Origin: a bacterium
GTDB taxonomy: Bacteria > SAR324 > NAC60-12
Assembly (NCBI GenBank): GCA_965205865.1
Contig: CBDBHR010000023.1
Coordinates: 32,001 to 96,000 of the forward strand
DNA length: 64,000 nt
Direction: 5' to 3'
Numbering within the stretch: position 1 is the stretch's first letter; the number at the start of each line of letters is the position of its first letter. Shown here in pieces: positions 1-10,068 of the stretch. The notes under the pieces were generated by a model. The model saw only the letters and a list, made by a program, of their open reading frames with translations. It searched no databases and was not told where the DNA came from. The translations under genes were made by a program, and so were the position numbers.

Positions 1-323
1 ACCGCGTGTCCTACTGCCGCGGCATCTTAATCAAGACCGATGACCCCGATGTCATGTTCGTCGGCAACGGCGACAATATTCCCGGTGTCACCGGTGCCTT
101 GCAGCGCACCCAGGATGGTGGCAAAAGTTGGCAACCGGTGTCCCTGCCGGTAGAGCCCAACTCCGTTATCTATTGGATAAGCTCTCACAAGGAGCGGCCC
201 AACGTAATCGTCGCGGCCAGCCTCCTCGGCTATGTGTACGTGAGCGAAGACGGGGGTGATTCGTGGCAAAAGCTGCAAAAGGAGTTTGGCGAGGTCCGTT
301 CCGTGGCCTTGCTGCCCAACTAG
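1..323 (+). CDS. BNR/Asp-box repeat (WD40/YVTN-like beta-propeller) protein, 3' part
   Basis: Asp-box motifs TQDGGKSW and SEDGGDSW; frame probably begins upstream of the window. Confidence 0.75.
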   Translation, partial: RVSYCRGILIKTDDPDVMFVGNGDNIPGVTGALQRTQDGGKSWQPVSLPVEPNSVIYWISSHKERPNVIVAASLLGYVYVSEDGGDSWQKLQKEFGEVRSVALLPN

Positions 324-438
324 TACCGTAGGGCAAAAGTGTGTACACGTTTTTCTCCTTCCGGCTATTCGCAGCGTTGTCATTCCTGGCTTGCCCAGGA
401 ATCCAGGGTCTATTTCGATACCCTGGATTCCCGCTTTC

Positions 439-2175
439 CAGGCTGTTGCAGATTTTTTTGCCTGCATAACGGGTCATACAATCAGTGAGAACGGGGTATG
501 ATCCCAATTCTCATCATAATGATGAAATGGTTTTTGATCTTTAAAATTGTTAGAATCATATAAACCTTTGCGTATGAAGCGTAGAGAAAGCGAATCAATC
601 GAATCACCTCAAGGAGGCGATAGAGAATATTGAGGTTGTGAGCAATGGCCATGAGCATAAATTCGCCTTTGACTTGTCTCTGCCCTCGAAATCGAAATGA
701 GGTAAAACCGAGATTGGCCTTCAAGTTGCCGAAGACCGGTTCGACGGTACTCATGCGCGTTTTGAGTCGTTGTTTGGCTTCTGGGGTTTGCAATTTATTG
801 CGCATGGCTTCGGCGTAGGGCTCGCGCTCTTGGCGATGGATCTGTTTGAGTCGCGAGCGATTCTTCGGGGGCAGACACCGCTGAGCGAGGGGACAATCTT
901 CACAGGATGGGGCCTGATAGGTGCTCCCTTGGGCCTGGCCCCGCTTGAAGTTACGCTGAAAGGAGAGCTGTTGCCCATTGGGACACTGATAGACATCATT
1001 TTTTGCATCGAAGAAAAAATCAGAACGTTCGAGCTTTCGATCGTTTTGCAGTAATTCTTCCAGGGGGGTCGGCTGGAGAGGGTTGGCTCTATTTTGCGGT
1101 TGCGGGTCGGCAATGACGGCATCAATCTGATGCTGCTCGATATAGTTGAGTTGCTCAAAACTATGATAACCGGCATCCATATTATAACGACGTTGCCGAT
1201 CTTCGGGAAGGTGGGTTTCTGCCTGTTGATGCATCGGCGCAAATTGTTGGGTATCGTTGGCTTCGCAGACCACCTCAGCGGCCACAATCAGATGAGTGGC
1301 ACGATCGACGGCTGCCTGCACATTATAACCGGGTGTGTTAATCGAGGGCATCATGCGTGCGTCGGCATCGGTCAGATTGATCTTATGGCCATCCCGATGT
1401 TCGGGTTTGAGGGTTTGCTGACGCGCTTGAAGATCTTGCTGAGATTGGAGAATCGTTGCTTCGAATTGCTCAAGACGGGCTTTTTCGCCACGAAGGGCGG
1501 CTAAGTCTTCTTCATCGCCTTGATGATCTTCAGACTCGCAATTTAGAGGGGAGGCGATCGATTGACGCGTTTTTTCTAAAAGACGTTCTAATTGTTCTGC
1601 ATTTTTCGAGCGTTTCTTACTGGCAGAGGTTTTCAGCTTCGAACCGTCAAGGTTTATTTCAGCGAAACCGGAGACCTGCTGATCAATGGCCATTTGAATC
1701 AATTGCTCAAAATAGAAGGGCAGGCGTTGCAAATGACGACGACGGAACCGGCTCAAGGCACAGTGGTCGGGGGTCAGATGCGCTGAAACATAGATATAAC
1801 AAAGATCGCGTTTACAAAGTTTCTCCAAAACACGACTACTCTCAATGCCTTCACTGTAGGCATAAAACCAGGTCGCTAACAGAATCGCCGGATCATAGGC
1901 ATCCCCCCCTTGCGATTTGTAGGAGCCATAAAGCGAGGATAAATCCAAGCGGGAAACGAAATCTACCACAAAACGGCATTTATCGTTATCCGGGATCAAG
2001 TGGTTCAAATCGGTGGTGGATAATTGGAGGGTGGAACGATCATTACTCAGAAAACCCATAATAGAAATCCATTTTTACTATGGTTATATGAAAAGTGGAC
2101 TCAAACCAGATACTAGACTATGAAAAGTGTAGCAAAATCCACCTGGAAAAAGCAAATAAAATCTGCAACAGCCTG
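439..2175 (-). mobile_element. IS1182-family insertion sequence
   Basis: Terminal IRs caggctgttgcagatttt (439-) and aaaatctgcaacagcctg (-2175); 4-bp TTTC duplication on both flanks; encloses a DDE transposase. Confidence 0.9.
482..2059 (-). CDS. IS1182-family transposase
   Basis: 525 aa; DUF772-like N-terminus (AYDPAILL..YAYSEGIESSR), LDGSK, GYNVQ, DAGY, YQCP zinc region, VEPVFGNLK. Confidence 0.9.
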   Translation of the reverse strand: MGFLSNDRSTLQLSTTDLNHLIPDNDKCRFVVDFVSRLDLSSLYGSYKSQGGDAYDPAILLATWFYAYSEGIESSRVLEKLCKRDLCYIYVSAHLTPDHCALSRFRRRHLQRLPFYFEQLIQMAIDQQVSGFAEINLDGSKLKTSASKKRSKNAEQLERLLEKTRQSIASPLNCESEDHQGDEEDLAALRGEKARLEQFEATILQSQQDLQARQQTLKPEHRDGHKINLTDADARMMPSINTPGYNVQAAVDRATHLIVAAEVVCEANDTQQFAPMHQQAETHLPEDRQRRYNMDAGYHSFEQLNYIEQHQIDAVIADPQPQNRANPLQPTPLEELLQNDRKLERSDFFFDAKNDVYQCPNGQQLSFQRNFKRGQAQGSTYQAPSCEDCPLAQRCLPPKNRSRLKQIHRQEREPYAEAMRNKLQTPEAKQRLKTRMSTVEPVFGNLKANLGFTSFRFRGQRQVKGEFMLMAIAHNLNILYRLLEVIRLIRFLYASYAKVYMILTILKIKNHFIIMMRIGIIPRSH

Positions 2176-2526
2176 TTTCGCGGGAATGACATAGAGAGTA
2201 TGTACGGACTTTCGCCGCAGTGTACTGGGTAGATGTGATTTTCTATTTTTGTCATTCCTGGAGATCCCGGACTTGATCCGATTTTTAACTACTCAGAAAA
2301 CCCATAATAGAAATCCATTTTTACTATGGTTATATGAAAAGTGGACTCAAACCAGATACTAGACTATGAAAAGTGTAGCAAAATCCACCTGGAAAAAGCA
2401 AATAAAATCTGCAACAGCCTGTTTCGCGGGAATGACATAGAGAGTATGTACGGACTTTCGCCGCAGTGTACTGGGTAGATGTGATTTTCTATTTTTGTCA
2501 TTCCTGGAGATCCCGGACTTGATCCG
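2044..2526. repeat. 237-bp near-tandem direct duplication containing the IS1182 end
   Basis: 2044-2280 repeated at 2290-2526 with a 9-bp spacer. Confidence 0.9.
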
Positions 2527-2608
2527 GGACCAGGAATCCAGGGGTATGCAACGCTACCAGGTAACTGGATCCCGGATCATCCCGTACTTGATCCGGGACC
2601 GGGATGAC
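2497..2608. repeat. GTCAT-tagged REP-like doublet with nested hairpins
   Basis: gtcattcctgg..ccaggaatcc / ggatcccgg..ccgggatgac; each arm loop carries tcccg(g/t)acttgatccggga. Confidence 0.85.
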
Positions 2609-2652
2609 ACATCATTGTAATCATTAATTATTCTAATGCAGGAGACAGGAAC

Positions 2653-3333
2653 ATGGCGAATGGAAAGATAAAAACAGCAGTGATTACCGGCGTGCATCCG
2701 CACGATGTGGTGGGCTTCCAGTCCATGCTTCGCTCCCTTCCCGAAATCGAGGCCTACCCTCAGAACATGTGGGACTTCATTACGAACCCGGCGCGCGGTC
2801 CAGGGACCTACGAGGTACTACTGTTCTACAACATGCACCAACGTACGCCTGCTGAAGAAGATGGCAAATTCGAGGCCGCCATGAAGGAGACGCTGGAGGG
2901 CCTTGGCGATGGGGACCAGGGGATATTTCTGCTGCATCACGCGCTGGTAGCCTTTCCCGACTGGTCGCTATGGAGAGAGCTTAGCGGCATGCCTCAGCGA
3001 GGGGGGAACCACCCGTGTGCCTTTGACCAGACCGTGCGCATCGACGTCGCGGACACCGAACACCCCATCACTACCACACTGGAGCCGTGGAAAATCGTCG
3101 ACGAGACCTATATCAGAGACGATGCGGACGAGGATAGCCACATCCTGCTCACCACCGATCATCCCCAGAGTATGAAGACGATCGCGTGGACGCGGACCTT
3201 CGGTAAGGCGAGGGTCTTCTGCTATCAGAACGGGCACGATAACCAGGCCTACTCAAACCCCGGTTTTCGAACGGTAGTGGGGCGGGGCATCCAGTGGTTA
3301 GCGGGGAGACAAACTACCATCAATCATCAATAA
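2653..3333 (+). CDS. ThuA-domain (class I glutamine amidotransferase-like) protein
   Basis: HPIT..., DETY, AWTRTFGKARVFCYQNGHD, RGIQWLAG; SD ggag upstream. Confidence 0.8.
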   Translation: MANGKIKTAVITGVHPHDVVGFQSMLRSLPEIEAYPQNMWDFITNPARGPGTYEVLLFYNMHQRTPAEEDGKFEAAMKETLEGLGDGDQGIFLLHHALVAFPDWSLWRELSGMPQRGGNHPCAFDQTVRIDVADTEHPITTTLEPWKIVDETYIRDDADEDSHILLTTDHPQSMKTIAWTRTFGKARVFCYQNGHDNQAYSNPGFRTVVGRGIQWLAGRQTTINHQ

Positions 3334-3414
3334 AAGAGGGAAACCGTGAGGCTGAAAGACAAGGTCGCTTTTATCAGCGGGGGAACCATTTAACTGAATT
3401 CTTAGGAGCTATTC

Positions 3415-4491
3415 ATGCCAATATTAACGAAAAATCAGATTGTCCGTATAACCGATGTGATGTTGCAGGCGGGAGGAGCCTCGGCCGGCCACGCTGGTAT
3501 CGTGGCGGACCACCTGGCCCATGCCAATCTTGCGGGATACGATTCCCATGGGTTCCTTCGCATCCCCCAGTACCTGAAAGAAATTGAGGAAGGCGTTGTC
3601 GATCCAAAGGCAGAGCCAGAAGTCGTTGGCAACCATGGGGCGATCCTCCAGATCGATGGCCATGCTACCTTCGGACAGGTGGTTGCCACACGAGCGACCG
3701 AAATGGCGATCGAGCAGGCTCGTGATCATGGAGTCAGCTTGGTGACGATGGGAAACCATACCAATACGGGTCGAATCGGAACCTACCCCGCAATGGCAGC
3801 AGCGGCTGGCATGGCTGCTATCTTTTTCACGGGCTGGGCGGGTAGACCGGTCGCCACCGTGGCTCCCTTTGGAGGACGCGAGGCCCGACTAGCGACGAAC
3901 CCTTTAGCGATGGCATTTCCTCATGCCGAAGGCGCCCCTATCCTGCTTGATTTTTCCAGCTCCATGACGGCTGATGGGACGCTACGGTTATACCGTAACC
4001 AGGAACAGGAGCTTCCTGATACTTGGATCATTGATAAGCAAGGGGTTCCCAGTAGGAACCCGAACGATTTCTTCGATGGGGGTGCGCACTTACCCGTCGG
4101 CGGGATGCAAGGGGGCCACAAGGGATACGCGCTCTCGGTCATGATCGCGCTTTTCGGGGGACTTCTTGGCCAGATCGCTTTGCCTCCAGGAAAGATTGAT
4201 TTTTGGGGAGGATCCACGATACTCGTCATCGACCTGGGCCGCATGGCGCCCCTGGAAACCATCCGGGCCGAGGTCCAACAGATGATGAGATACCTTCAAA
4301 ATACCCCCCTGATGGAAGGATCGAGCGGGGTTTTCTTTCCGGGGGAAAGATCCGCCAATACTCGCCAAGAGCGATTGGCCCTGGGCATCCCTGTGGATCC
4401 CACCACTTGGGGTCAGGTAGAAGTCCTCTTCGACCAATACGGGGTCCGTGACCAATTGGCCGATGTCCTTCCCTCCGGAGGAAATCCGTAG
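3415..4491 (+). CDS. Ldh_2-family (malate/L-lactate/sulfolactate dehydrogenase-like) oxidoreductase, copy 1
   Basis: ANLAGYDSHG, DGHATFGQ, TNPLA, GGHKGYAL, FPGE motifs. Confidence 0.9.
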   Translation: MPILTKNQIVRITDVMLQAGGASAGHAGIVADHLAHANLAGYDSHGFLRIPQYLKEIEEGVVDPKAEPEVVGNHGAILQIDGHATFGQVVATRATEMAIEQARDHGVSLVTMGNHTNTGRIGTYPAMAAAAGMAAIFFTGWAGRPVATVAPFGGREARLATNPLAMAFPHAEGAPILLDFSSSMTADGTLRLYRNQEQELPDTWIIDKQGVPSRNPNDFFDGGAHLPVGGMQGGHKGYALSVMIALFGGLLGQIALPPGKIDFWGGSTILVIDLGRMAPLETIRAEVQQMMRYLQNTPLMEGSSGVFFPGERSANTRQERLALGIPVDPTTWGQVEVLFDQYGVRDQLADVLPSGGNP

Positions 4492-4601
4492 AATGGCCCT
4501 ATTGATCCAATTAACCGCTTTATAGAGTCACCAGATGAGATTTGATCTAAACACCTTAGCACTTTCAGAAATTGCTAGCGCCCTACGTTAAGGAGAAAGT
4601 G

Positions 4602-5579
4602 ATGGACCCACTGGAATTGGTCGAGATTGGAAATACGGGGCTCAAAGTAAAACGGCTGGGGACCGGCTGTGGACCGTTGGGTCGATTTGTTACCGACGAC
4701 GAGGCCGCCGCAACTCTCAGAAAATGCATCGAACTGGGAGTCAGCTACTTTGACACGGCACCAAGATATGGCGGAGGCGTTAGCGAGCAACGCCTCGGCA
4801 AGGTTCTCTCTGAAATCACACGGTCCAGTTTCACGATTTCCACCAAAGTAGGCAAGTTATTGGAACCAAACCCGCCTGCTCCGGTGGGAGCGGTCATTGG
4901 ACCGAACAGGGAGAACGAGATGCCTTGGATATACGATTACGACACCACCATGCGGGTTTTCGAGGGGAGCCTGAAGCGGCTGAAACTAGACTACGTCGAC
5001 ATCCTTTTGATCCACGACCCGGACAACCATTTCGAGCAGGCGATGGACGGGGCCTATAAGGCCCTTTCAGAGTTGCGTTCCCAACGGGTGATTTCCGCCA
5101 TCGGCGTCGGCATGGGCCAATGGGAAATGTTGGCCCGTTTCGCTCGGGAGGGGGACTTCGATTGCTTCCTACTGGCGGGACAGTACACCCTTCTTGTCCA
5201 TTCGGCGCATTCCGAATTCCTTCCTCTCTGCCAAGAGAAAAAAATAAGCGTAATCATCGGCGCCCCGTACAACAGCGGTATTCTGGCCTCCGACCTGACA
5301 GAGAACGCGACCTTCAACGAACTGCCGGCCTCGGCCAAAGTCTTAGAGCAAGCAAGGCATTGTAAAGCGATCTGTGACCGCCACGGCGTACCGCTCAAGG
5401 CCGCCGCTCTCCAGTTCGTTTTTGGCCATCCCACCGTCGCAGCAGTGATACCAGGCTCGCGGTCTGTATCGGAAGCGGAAGAGAACTTCCAGATGATGGC
5501 ACATCCCATCCCCCCCGCCCTGTGGCAGGAGCTACGCCACGAAGGTCTCATACCTGCCGACGCTCCCACTCCACAATAG
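4602..5579 (+). CDS. Aldo/keto reductase (D-threo-aldose 1-dehydrogenase-like)
   Basis: FDTAPRYG, ISTKVG, LLIHDPD, APYNSGILA, IPGSRS; aaggag SD before ATG 4602. Confidence 0.9.
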   Translation: MDPLELVEIGNTGLKVKRLGTGCGPLGRFVTDDEAAATLRKCIELGVSYFDTAPRYGGGVSEQRLGKVLSEITRSSFTISTKVGKLLEPNPPAPVGAVIGPNRENEMPWIYDYDTTMRVFEGSLKRLKLDYVDILLIHDPDNHFEQAMDGAYKALSELRSQRVISAIGVGMGQWEMLARFAREGDFDCFLLAGQYTLLVHSAHSEFLPLCQEKKISVIIGAPYNSGILASDLTENATFNELPASAKVLEQARHCKAICDRHGVPLKAAALQFVFGHPTVAAVIPGSRSVSEAEENFQMMAHPIPPALWQELRHEGLIPADAPTPQ

Positions 5580-6039
5580 CAATGCGGCTAAGCGGTCGGG
5601 CCGGAGCATCGACGAGATCGATGTCGTAGCGTTAATTCCCTTCGCCGTTAGTGAGAAACGTTCCGTGCAGGAGAAGGCAAAGCAACTCTTGAAGAAGACG
5701 TTGGTCTTCCACACAAGGCTCCTGAAGGATCTGGGCGTGGAAGTCGCGGACGAATCTTCACGGAAGGATCTGGAGTATCAGAACATTGCGCCCACCACGG
5801 ACTATGCGAATGAATTAAACAGGGCCGTCGAACAGCTTCAAGTCCCGGAGGAGGCGCTAGATCGAGGGATCGATGAGATGATGGCGGTGGGATCCCTCCA
5901 GCAATGTCTCGATACTTTCGAGAAGTTCGTGAACTTGGGTGCGACGAACATAAACCCACAACCCCTCATCGCCGATGAGGAGAGTGACGAAATCCTGTCC
6001 AAAGAAATCATTCCTTACTTCAAATCGAGAGGCTCATGA
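5578..6039 (+). pseudogene. 3' fragment of an LLM-class flavin-dependent oxidoreductase
   Basis: Near-identical to 29120-29581; no start region, early in-frame stop. Confidence 0.8.
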
Positions 6040-6334
6040 AAGTTTTGTTAACGGGAGGAACGGGATTCATAGGTGCCAGGTTGGCACGCGCCTTGTTAGA
6101 TAGAGATGTTTTGACGGGGGTTACCGGCGAAGAAGAGGCCATCGATGAGTTGGTGCTCTTTGACTCGGTTGAGGGACCCGGGCTTTCTAAAGATCCGCCA
6201 AGACGCGCCAGGAGCGATTGGCCCAGGGCATCCCGGTGGATCCCACCACTTGGGCTCAGGTAGAAGCCCTCTTCGACCAATATGGGGTCCGTGACCAATT
6301 GGCCGATGTCCTTCCCTCCGGAGGACATTCCTAG
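6036..6334 (+). pseudogene. Chimeric relic: N-terminus of an NAD-dependent epimerase/dehydrogenase joined to the 3' end of an Ldh_2 gene
   Basis: MKVLLTGGTGFIG Rossmann start; 6189-6324 matches the 3' ends of both Ldh_2 copies. Confidence 0.8.
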
Positions 6335-6378
6335 TACATTGGGTCAAAAATTATTATAAATTCATTTTTGAAGAAGCC

Positions 6379-6760
6379 TCATTCAGGAGATTTTTGTCTT
6401 TGTTCTCGTCTGCGATAATGTTCAAAGAGTTGATTTGCTTCCTGAATGAGTTTTTCCTGGACTTGTTCGAATGAGATTTCAGAATGGATCATTTTGGGCT
6501 TCGCGGTATCACAATCTTCAAAATAGGTGAGTCCCTTGAGGTAGAGAATCGGGTTAAATTGAGGGTACTTGTTTTCTGCCGCCTCAAAAATCTCTTGTAA
6601 TGAAACTTTTTCGAGCAAGCAATACAAATCAAAATAATCTTTTTGGGTCGCTCTTTGATTGGCGACAATGACCTTCATCGGGGCAATGTCTCGGAAATCA
6701 GCAAGAAGGGAAAATTCCGTTTCAATGAGTTTGTATTGGAGAGGATAGCGGTAAAAAAAG
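6379..6760 (-). pseudogene. AbiEii-like nucleotidyltransferase toxin, 3' fragment
   Basis: DIAPMKVIVANQRATQKDYFDLY and LKGLTYFED motifs; 5' half absent. Confidence 0.7.
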
Positions 6761-6846
6761 GGTCAAGTCTTTTTTTGCTTTAAAGAAAAGCCTTATCGAA
6801 AGAACAGGGGAAACGGATTTCCAAGGGTGCCCCTTGTCAAGCTACC
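6756..6846. repeat. About 90-bp dispersed direct repeat, copy 1
   Basis: gggtcaagtctttttttgctttaaagaaaagccttatcga...gggtgccccttgtcaagct also at about 10488-10577. Confidence 0.85.
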
Positions 6847-6990
6847 TTTTCCTCAAGGCCAGCGGGCGATGCCTGTCTGCTACTCTACCCCTTTATACCG
6901 TCAGACGAAAGGGGGCGGAAACCGATAAGCCGTACCTAAATGTACATGCCTGTCTACTACTCTACCCACCATTTTGTTGAATTCCCTCGG

Positions 6991-7263
6991 TCATTTGTTT
7001 TTCCAAGTATCCAAATAACGTTGTATATCCTTGGGAGAGTAATTTTTTAAGACCTCTACCGGGAAGAAGTCCTGCAACGGTTCATCAAAGATGCCGCAGG
7101 CCTCGCTTGGTACGGGGATATTGTCCAAGTACAAATCGGCCGGGATCCTCATTTTTTCGATGGATCGGACCGTGGGGTGAAGTTGACCCTGGGGTATCAA
7201 TTCTAATCCTAGCGATTGGAAGCCTCTTGGAAAAGTTGTCATATTTGCTTGTCTCTCAGTCAT
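6991..7263 (-). CDS. Small hypothetical protein
   Basis: 90-aa ORF with no recognised motif. Confidence 0.3.
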   Translation of the reverse strand: MTERQANMTTFPRGFQSLGLELIPQGQLHPTVRSIEKMRIPADLYLDNIPVPSEACGIFDEPLQDFFPVEVLKNYSPKDIQRYLDTWKNK

Positions 7264-7323
7264 GATTTGGCTATTATAGAAACAGAGGTTACAGTAACTC
7301 TTGTTTCTCTAATGGTAAAAATA

Positions 7324-8661
7324 ATGAAATTTTATAATCGGCTCGATGAAATAAACCTATTGGGGCAATTAAAGAAGCAATCGGCGGTTGCCTCACGATT
7401 GACAGTGCTCATGGGCAGGAGGAGAGTGGGTAAAACGAAACTTGCTCTGGAATTTGCAAACAATCACAAACATCTCTATTTTTTTATCGCCAAAAAATCA
7501 GAAAACTTACTTTGTGAGGAATTCCTGACAGAAATAAAAAAACAGTTTTCGATCCCGGTCATTGGTGACATTCGATATTTTAAAGAGATATTCACGCTGC
7601 TCCTCGAATTATCCAAAGCAGAGCCATTTACCCTGATCCTTGATGAGTTTCAGGAATTCGCTACGATCAATCCAGCCGTCTACTCTGAGCTTCAACATTT
7701 ATGGGATATCAATAAAGATCAGACGCATCTCAATCTGATTTGCATTGGTTCGGTTTATTCTCTCATCAACAAAATTTTCCAGCATTCGAAAGAGCCTCTG
7801 TTTGGTAGGGCTGATTGCATGATTTTTCTCAAACAATTTTCCATCAATACCCTGAGCCAGATTTTAGCGGACTCTCAAATAAAAGATGGCAGAACCTTGT
7901 TTGACTGGTATGTATTGACTGGCGGAGTGCCCAAGTATATTGATAGTTTGATAAGCAATAGCGACGGTTCTTTTGAAAGTATGCTACAATTTATGATCTC
8001 AGAGTACTCCCCGTTTTTACAAGAAGGAAAGCAGGTCCTCATTGAAGAGTTCGGCAAAGAGTATGGCACTTATTTTTCGGTCCTTGAACTGATCAGTCGT
8101 GGCAAAACGAGTCGTCGGGAAATCGAGTCAGTCATGGAGAGAAATATTGGTGGTTTCCTGAATAGACTTGAAGAAGACTACTATCTCATCGACCGGGTCA
8201 GGCCCATCAATGCCAAACCAAACGCCAGGCTTGTCAAATATTACCTCAAAGATCACTTCCTCCGATTTTGGTTTCGTTTCATCCATCGCAGCTGGCGAGC
8301 AGTCGAGATTGGGAATTTCGACTATATCAGGCAGGTGATTCAGAGAGACTATCAAACCTATTGCGGTCGTCTTCTTGAACAATTCTATCAGGATCTCTTT
8401 GCCGCAAGCGGGAACTATAATCGTCTGGGTGCTTATTGGGAAAAGAAAAACCTCAATGAAATTGATCTGGTGGCCATCAATGATGCTGAGAAAATCATTG
8501 TCATGGCTGAGATCAAATTGAACAAAGAACGAATCAATTTGAATCTGCTTCAGGAAAAATCTAAAAACCTGATAGCCTCTTACCCAAACTATCAGCCTCA
8601 ATGGCTTGCCCTTGGCATCGATGATATTCAGCAATATGCCTTCCAGTCGACAAGTGAATGA
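7324..8661 (+). CDS. Archaeal-type ATPase with DUF234/PD-(D/E)XK-like C-terminus
   Basis: FYNR..E, Walker A GRRRVGKT, LDEFQ, TGGVPKY, D.FLRFWFRF, EIDLV...AEIK; ATG 7324 preferred. Confidence 0.88.
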   Translation: MKFYNRLDEINLLGQLKKQSAVASRLTVLMGRRRVGKTKLALEFANNHKHLYFFIAKKSENLLCEEFLTEIKKQFSIPVIGDIRYFKEIFTLLLELSKAEPFTLILDEFQEFATINPAVYSELQHLWDINKDQTHLNLICIGSVYSLINKIFQHSKEPLFGRADCMIFLKQFSINTLSQILADSQIKDGRTLFDWYVLTGGVPKYIDSLISNSDGSFESMLQFMISEYSPFLQEGKQVLIEEFGKEYGTYFSVLELISRGKTSRREIESVMERNIGGFLNRLEEDYYLIDRVRPINAKPNARLVKYYLKDHFLRFWFRFIHRSWRAVEIGNFDYIRQVIQRDYQTYCGRLLEQFYQDLFAASGNYNRLGAYWEKKNLNEIDLVAINDAEKIIVMAEIKLNKERINLNLLQEKSKNLIASYPNYQPQWLALGIDDIQQYAFQSTSE

Positions 8662-8744
8662 GGGGGTTGATCTTTCTATCCATTTCAATTATTGTAATGA
8701 TTGTTTGAAATTTTACTTCAAATTATCATGATAATCGGAACCAG

Positions 8745-9884
8745 ATGTTTAGAAGAAAACTCAATTTATCCGCGGAGGAAACCTTTTTCCTCTGGGGGCC
8801 TCGGCAAACGGGTAAAACCACTTTATTGAAGGCTCAATTTCGCGAGTCTCTGTGGATCGATTTATTGAAATCCGAAGAATTTCGCCGCTACATGCAAGCG
8901 CCGCATCAGTTGCGGGAAAGGGTTGCCGGCAATCCGGGCATAAGGCATATTGTCATTGATGAAATCCAGAAAGTCCCGGACCTCTTGGATGAGATCCATT
9001 GGCTGCTGGAAAACACGGTGGCGCAATTTGCCTTATGTGGATCGAGTGCCCGCCGCGTCAAGCGGGGTCATGCCAATCTCCTGGGAGGACGGGCCAGTCG
9101 TTTTGAATTATTTGGCTTAAGCGCCAGCGAAATGGGAAGCGCGTTTGATTTGACACAATGCCTCAATCAGGGGTATTTACCCCGGCATTATCTGGGCAAG
9201 CATCCCCAACGCAGGCTCAATAGCTATATTTCGGATTATTTGAAAGAAGAAATTGCAGCTGAAGGCATGGTACGCCGTCTCCCGGTGTTTGGGCATTTTT
9301 TAACCGCCGCCGCCTTATCGGATGGTCAAATGGTCAATTATTCAAATATCGCGAGAGATTGTGGGGTTTCCAGCCATACGGTCCGCGCTTACTTTGAAAT
9401 CTTGGAAGACACGCTGCTGGCTTCCTTTTTGCCCGCCTATCGCAAACGGATGAAACGCCGCACCATTCAAGCGCCTAAGTTTTATTATGCCGATGTGGGC
9501 CTGGTCAATTTTCTCTGTAAACGAGGCCCCCTGGAAGTGGGATCGGAATTGTTTGGCAAGGCATTTGAAAATTGGGTATATCACGAATTGAAAACTTACA
9601 ATCACTATGCGGAAGCCTTTGCTGATCTCTCCTACTGGCGCTTGGCCAGTGGCATCGAGGTGGATTTTATCATCAATGACTTTTGGTTGGCACTCGAAGC
9701 AAAGGCCACCCAAAACGTCAAACCGTCCCACCTCAAGGGGTTGAAAGCAATCGCGGAGGAAATCACTTGTCAAAAACGGGTGCTGGTTTGTTTGGAAGAG
9801 CACAAACGCGAAACGCAGGACGGGATCTTGATTCTGCCTTACCAAGTTTTCATTGAAGAAATGTGGGATGGGATCTATTTTTAA
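8745..9884 (+). CDS. AAA_14 ATPase with DUF4143 domain
   Basis: GPRQTGKT, IDEIQK, CGSSAR, LLGGRA, PKFYYADVG, EVDFI..EAK. Confidence 0.9.
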   Translation: MFRRKLNLSAEETFFLWGPRQTGKTTLLKAQFRESLWIDLLKSEEFRRYMQAPHQLRERVAGNPGIRHIVIDEIQKVPDLLDEIHWLLENTVAQFALCGSSARRVKRGHANLLGGRASRFELFGLSASEMGSAFDLTQCLNQGYLPRHYLGKHPQRRLNSYISDYLKEEIAAEGMVRRLPVFGHFLTAAALSDGQMVNYSNIARDCGVSSHTVRAYFEILEDTLLASFLPAYRKRMKRRTIQAPKFYYADVGLVNFLCKRGPLEVGSELFGKAFENWVYHELKTYNHYAEAFADLSYWRLASGIEVDFIINDFWLALEAKATQNVKPSHLKGLKAIAEEITCQKRVLVCLEEHKRETQDGILILPYQVFIEEMWDGIYF

Positions 9885-9922
9885 TAGGTGAGATTCCGGT
9901 TCTCATTTCAGCCAAGCTTGTC

Positions 9923-10014
9923 ATGAAACTTTTTCGAGGAAGCAATACAAATCAAAATAATCTTTTTGGGTCACTCTTTGATTTGCGGCAATGACCTTCA
10001 TCGGGGCAATGTCT
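9923..10014 (-). pseudogene. Second short fragment of the AbiEii-like gene
   Basis: Matches 6600-6691 with a few substitutions. Confidence 0.8.
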
Positions 10015-10068
10015 TCGTAAAGATGGCTAGATTATGGTACCTTTTTATGAAACATGATAGTCTGTCGC

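Larger units (their letters stand above)
379..2190. repeat. GTCAT-tagged REP-like hairpin doublet split by IS1182
   Basis: gtcattcctggcttgcccaggaatcc...ggattcccgctttc (379-438) continues as tttcgcgggaatgac (2176-2190). Confidence 0.85.
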
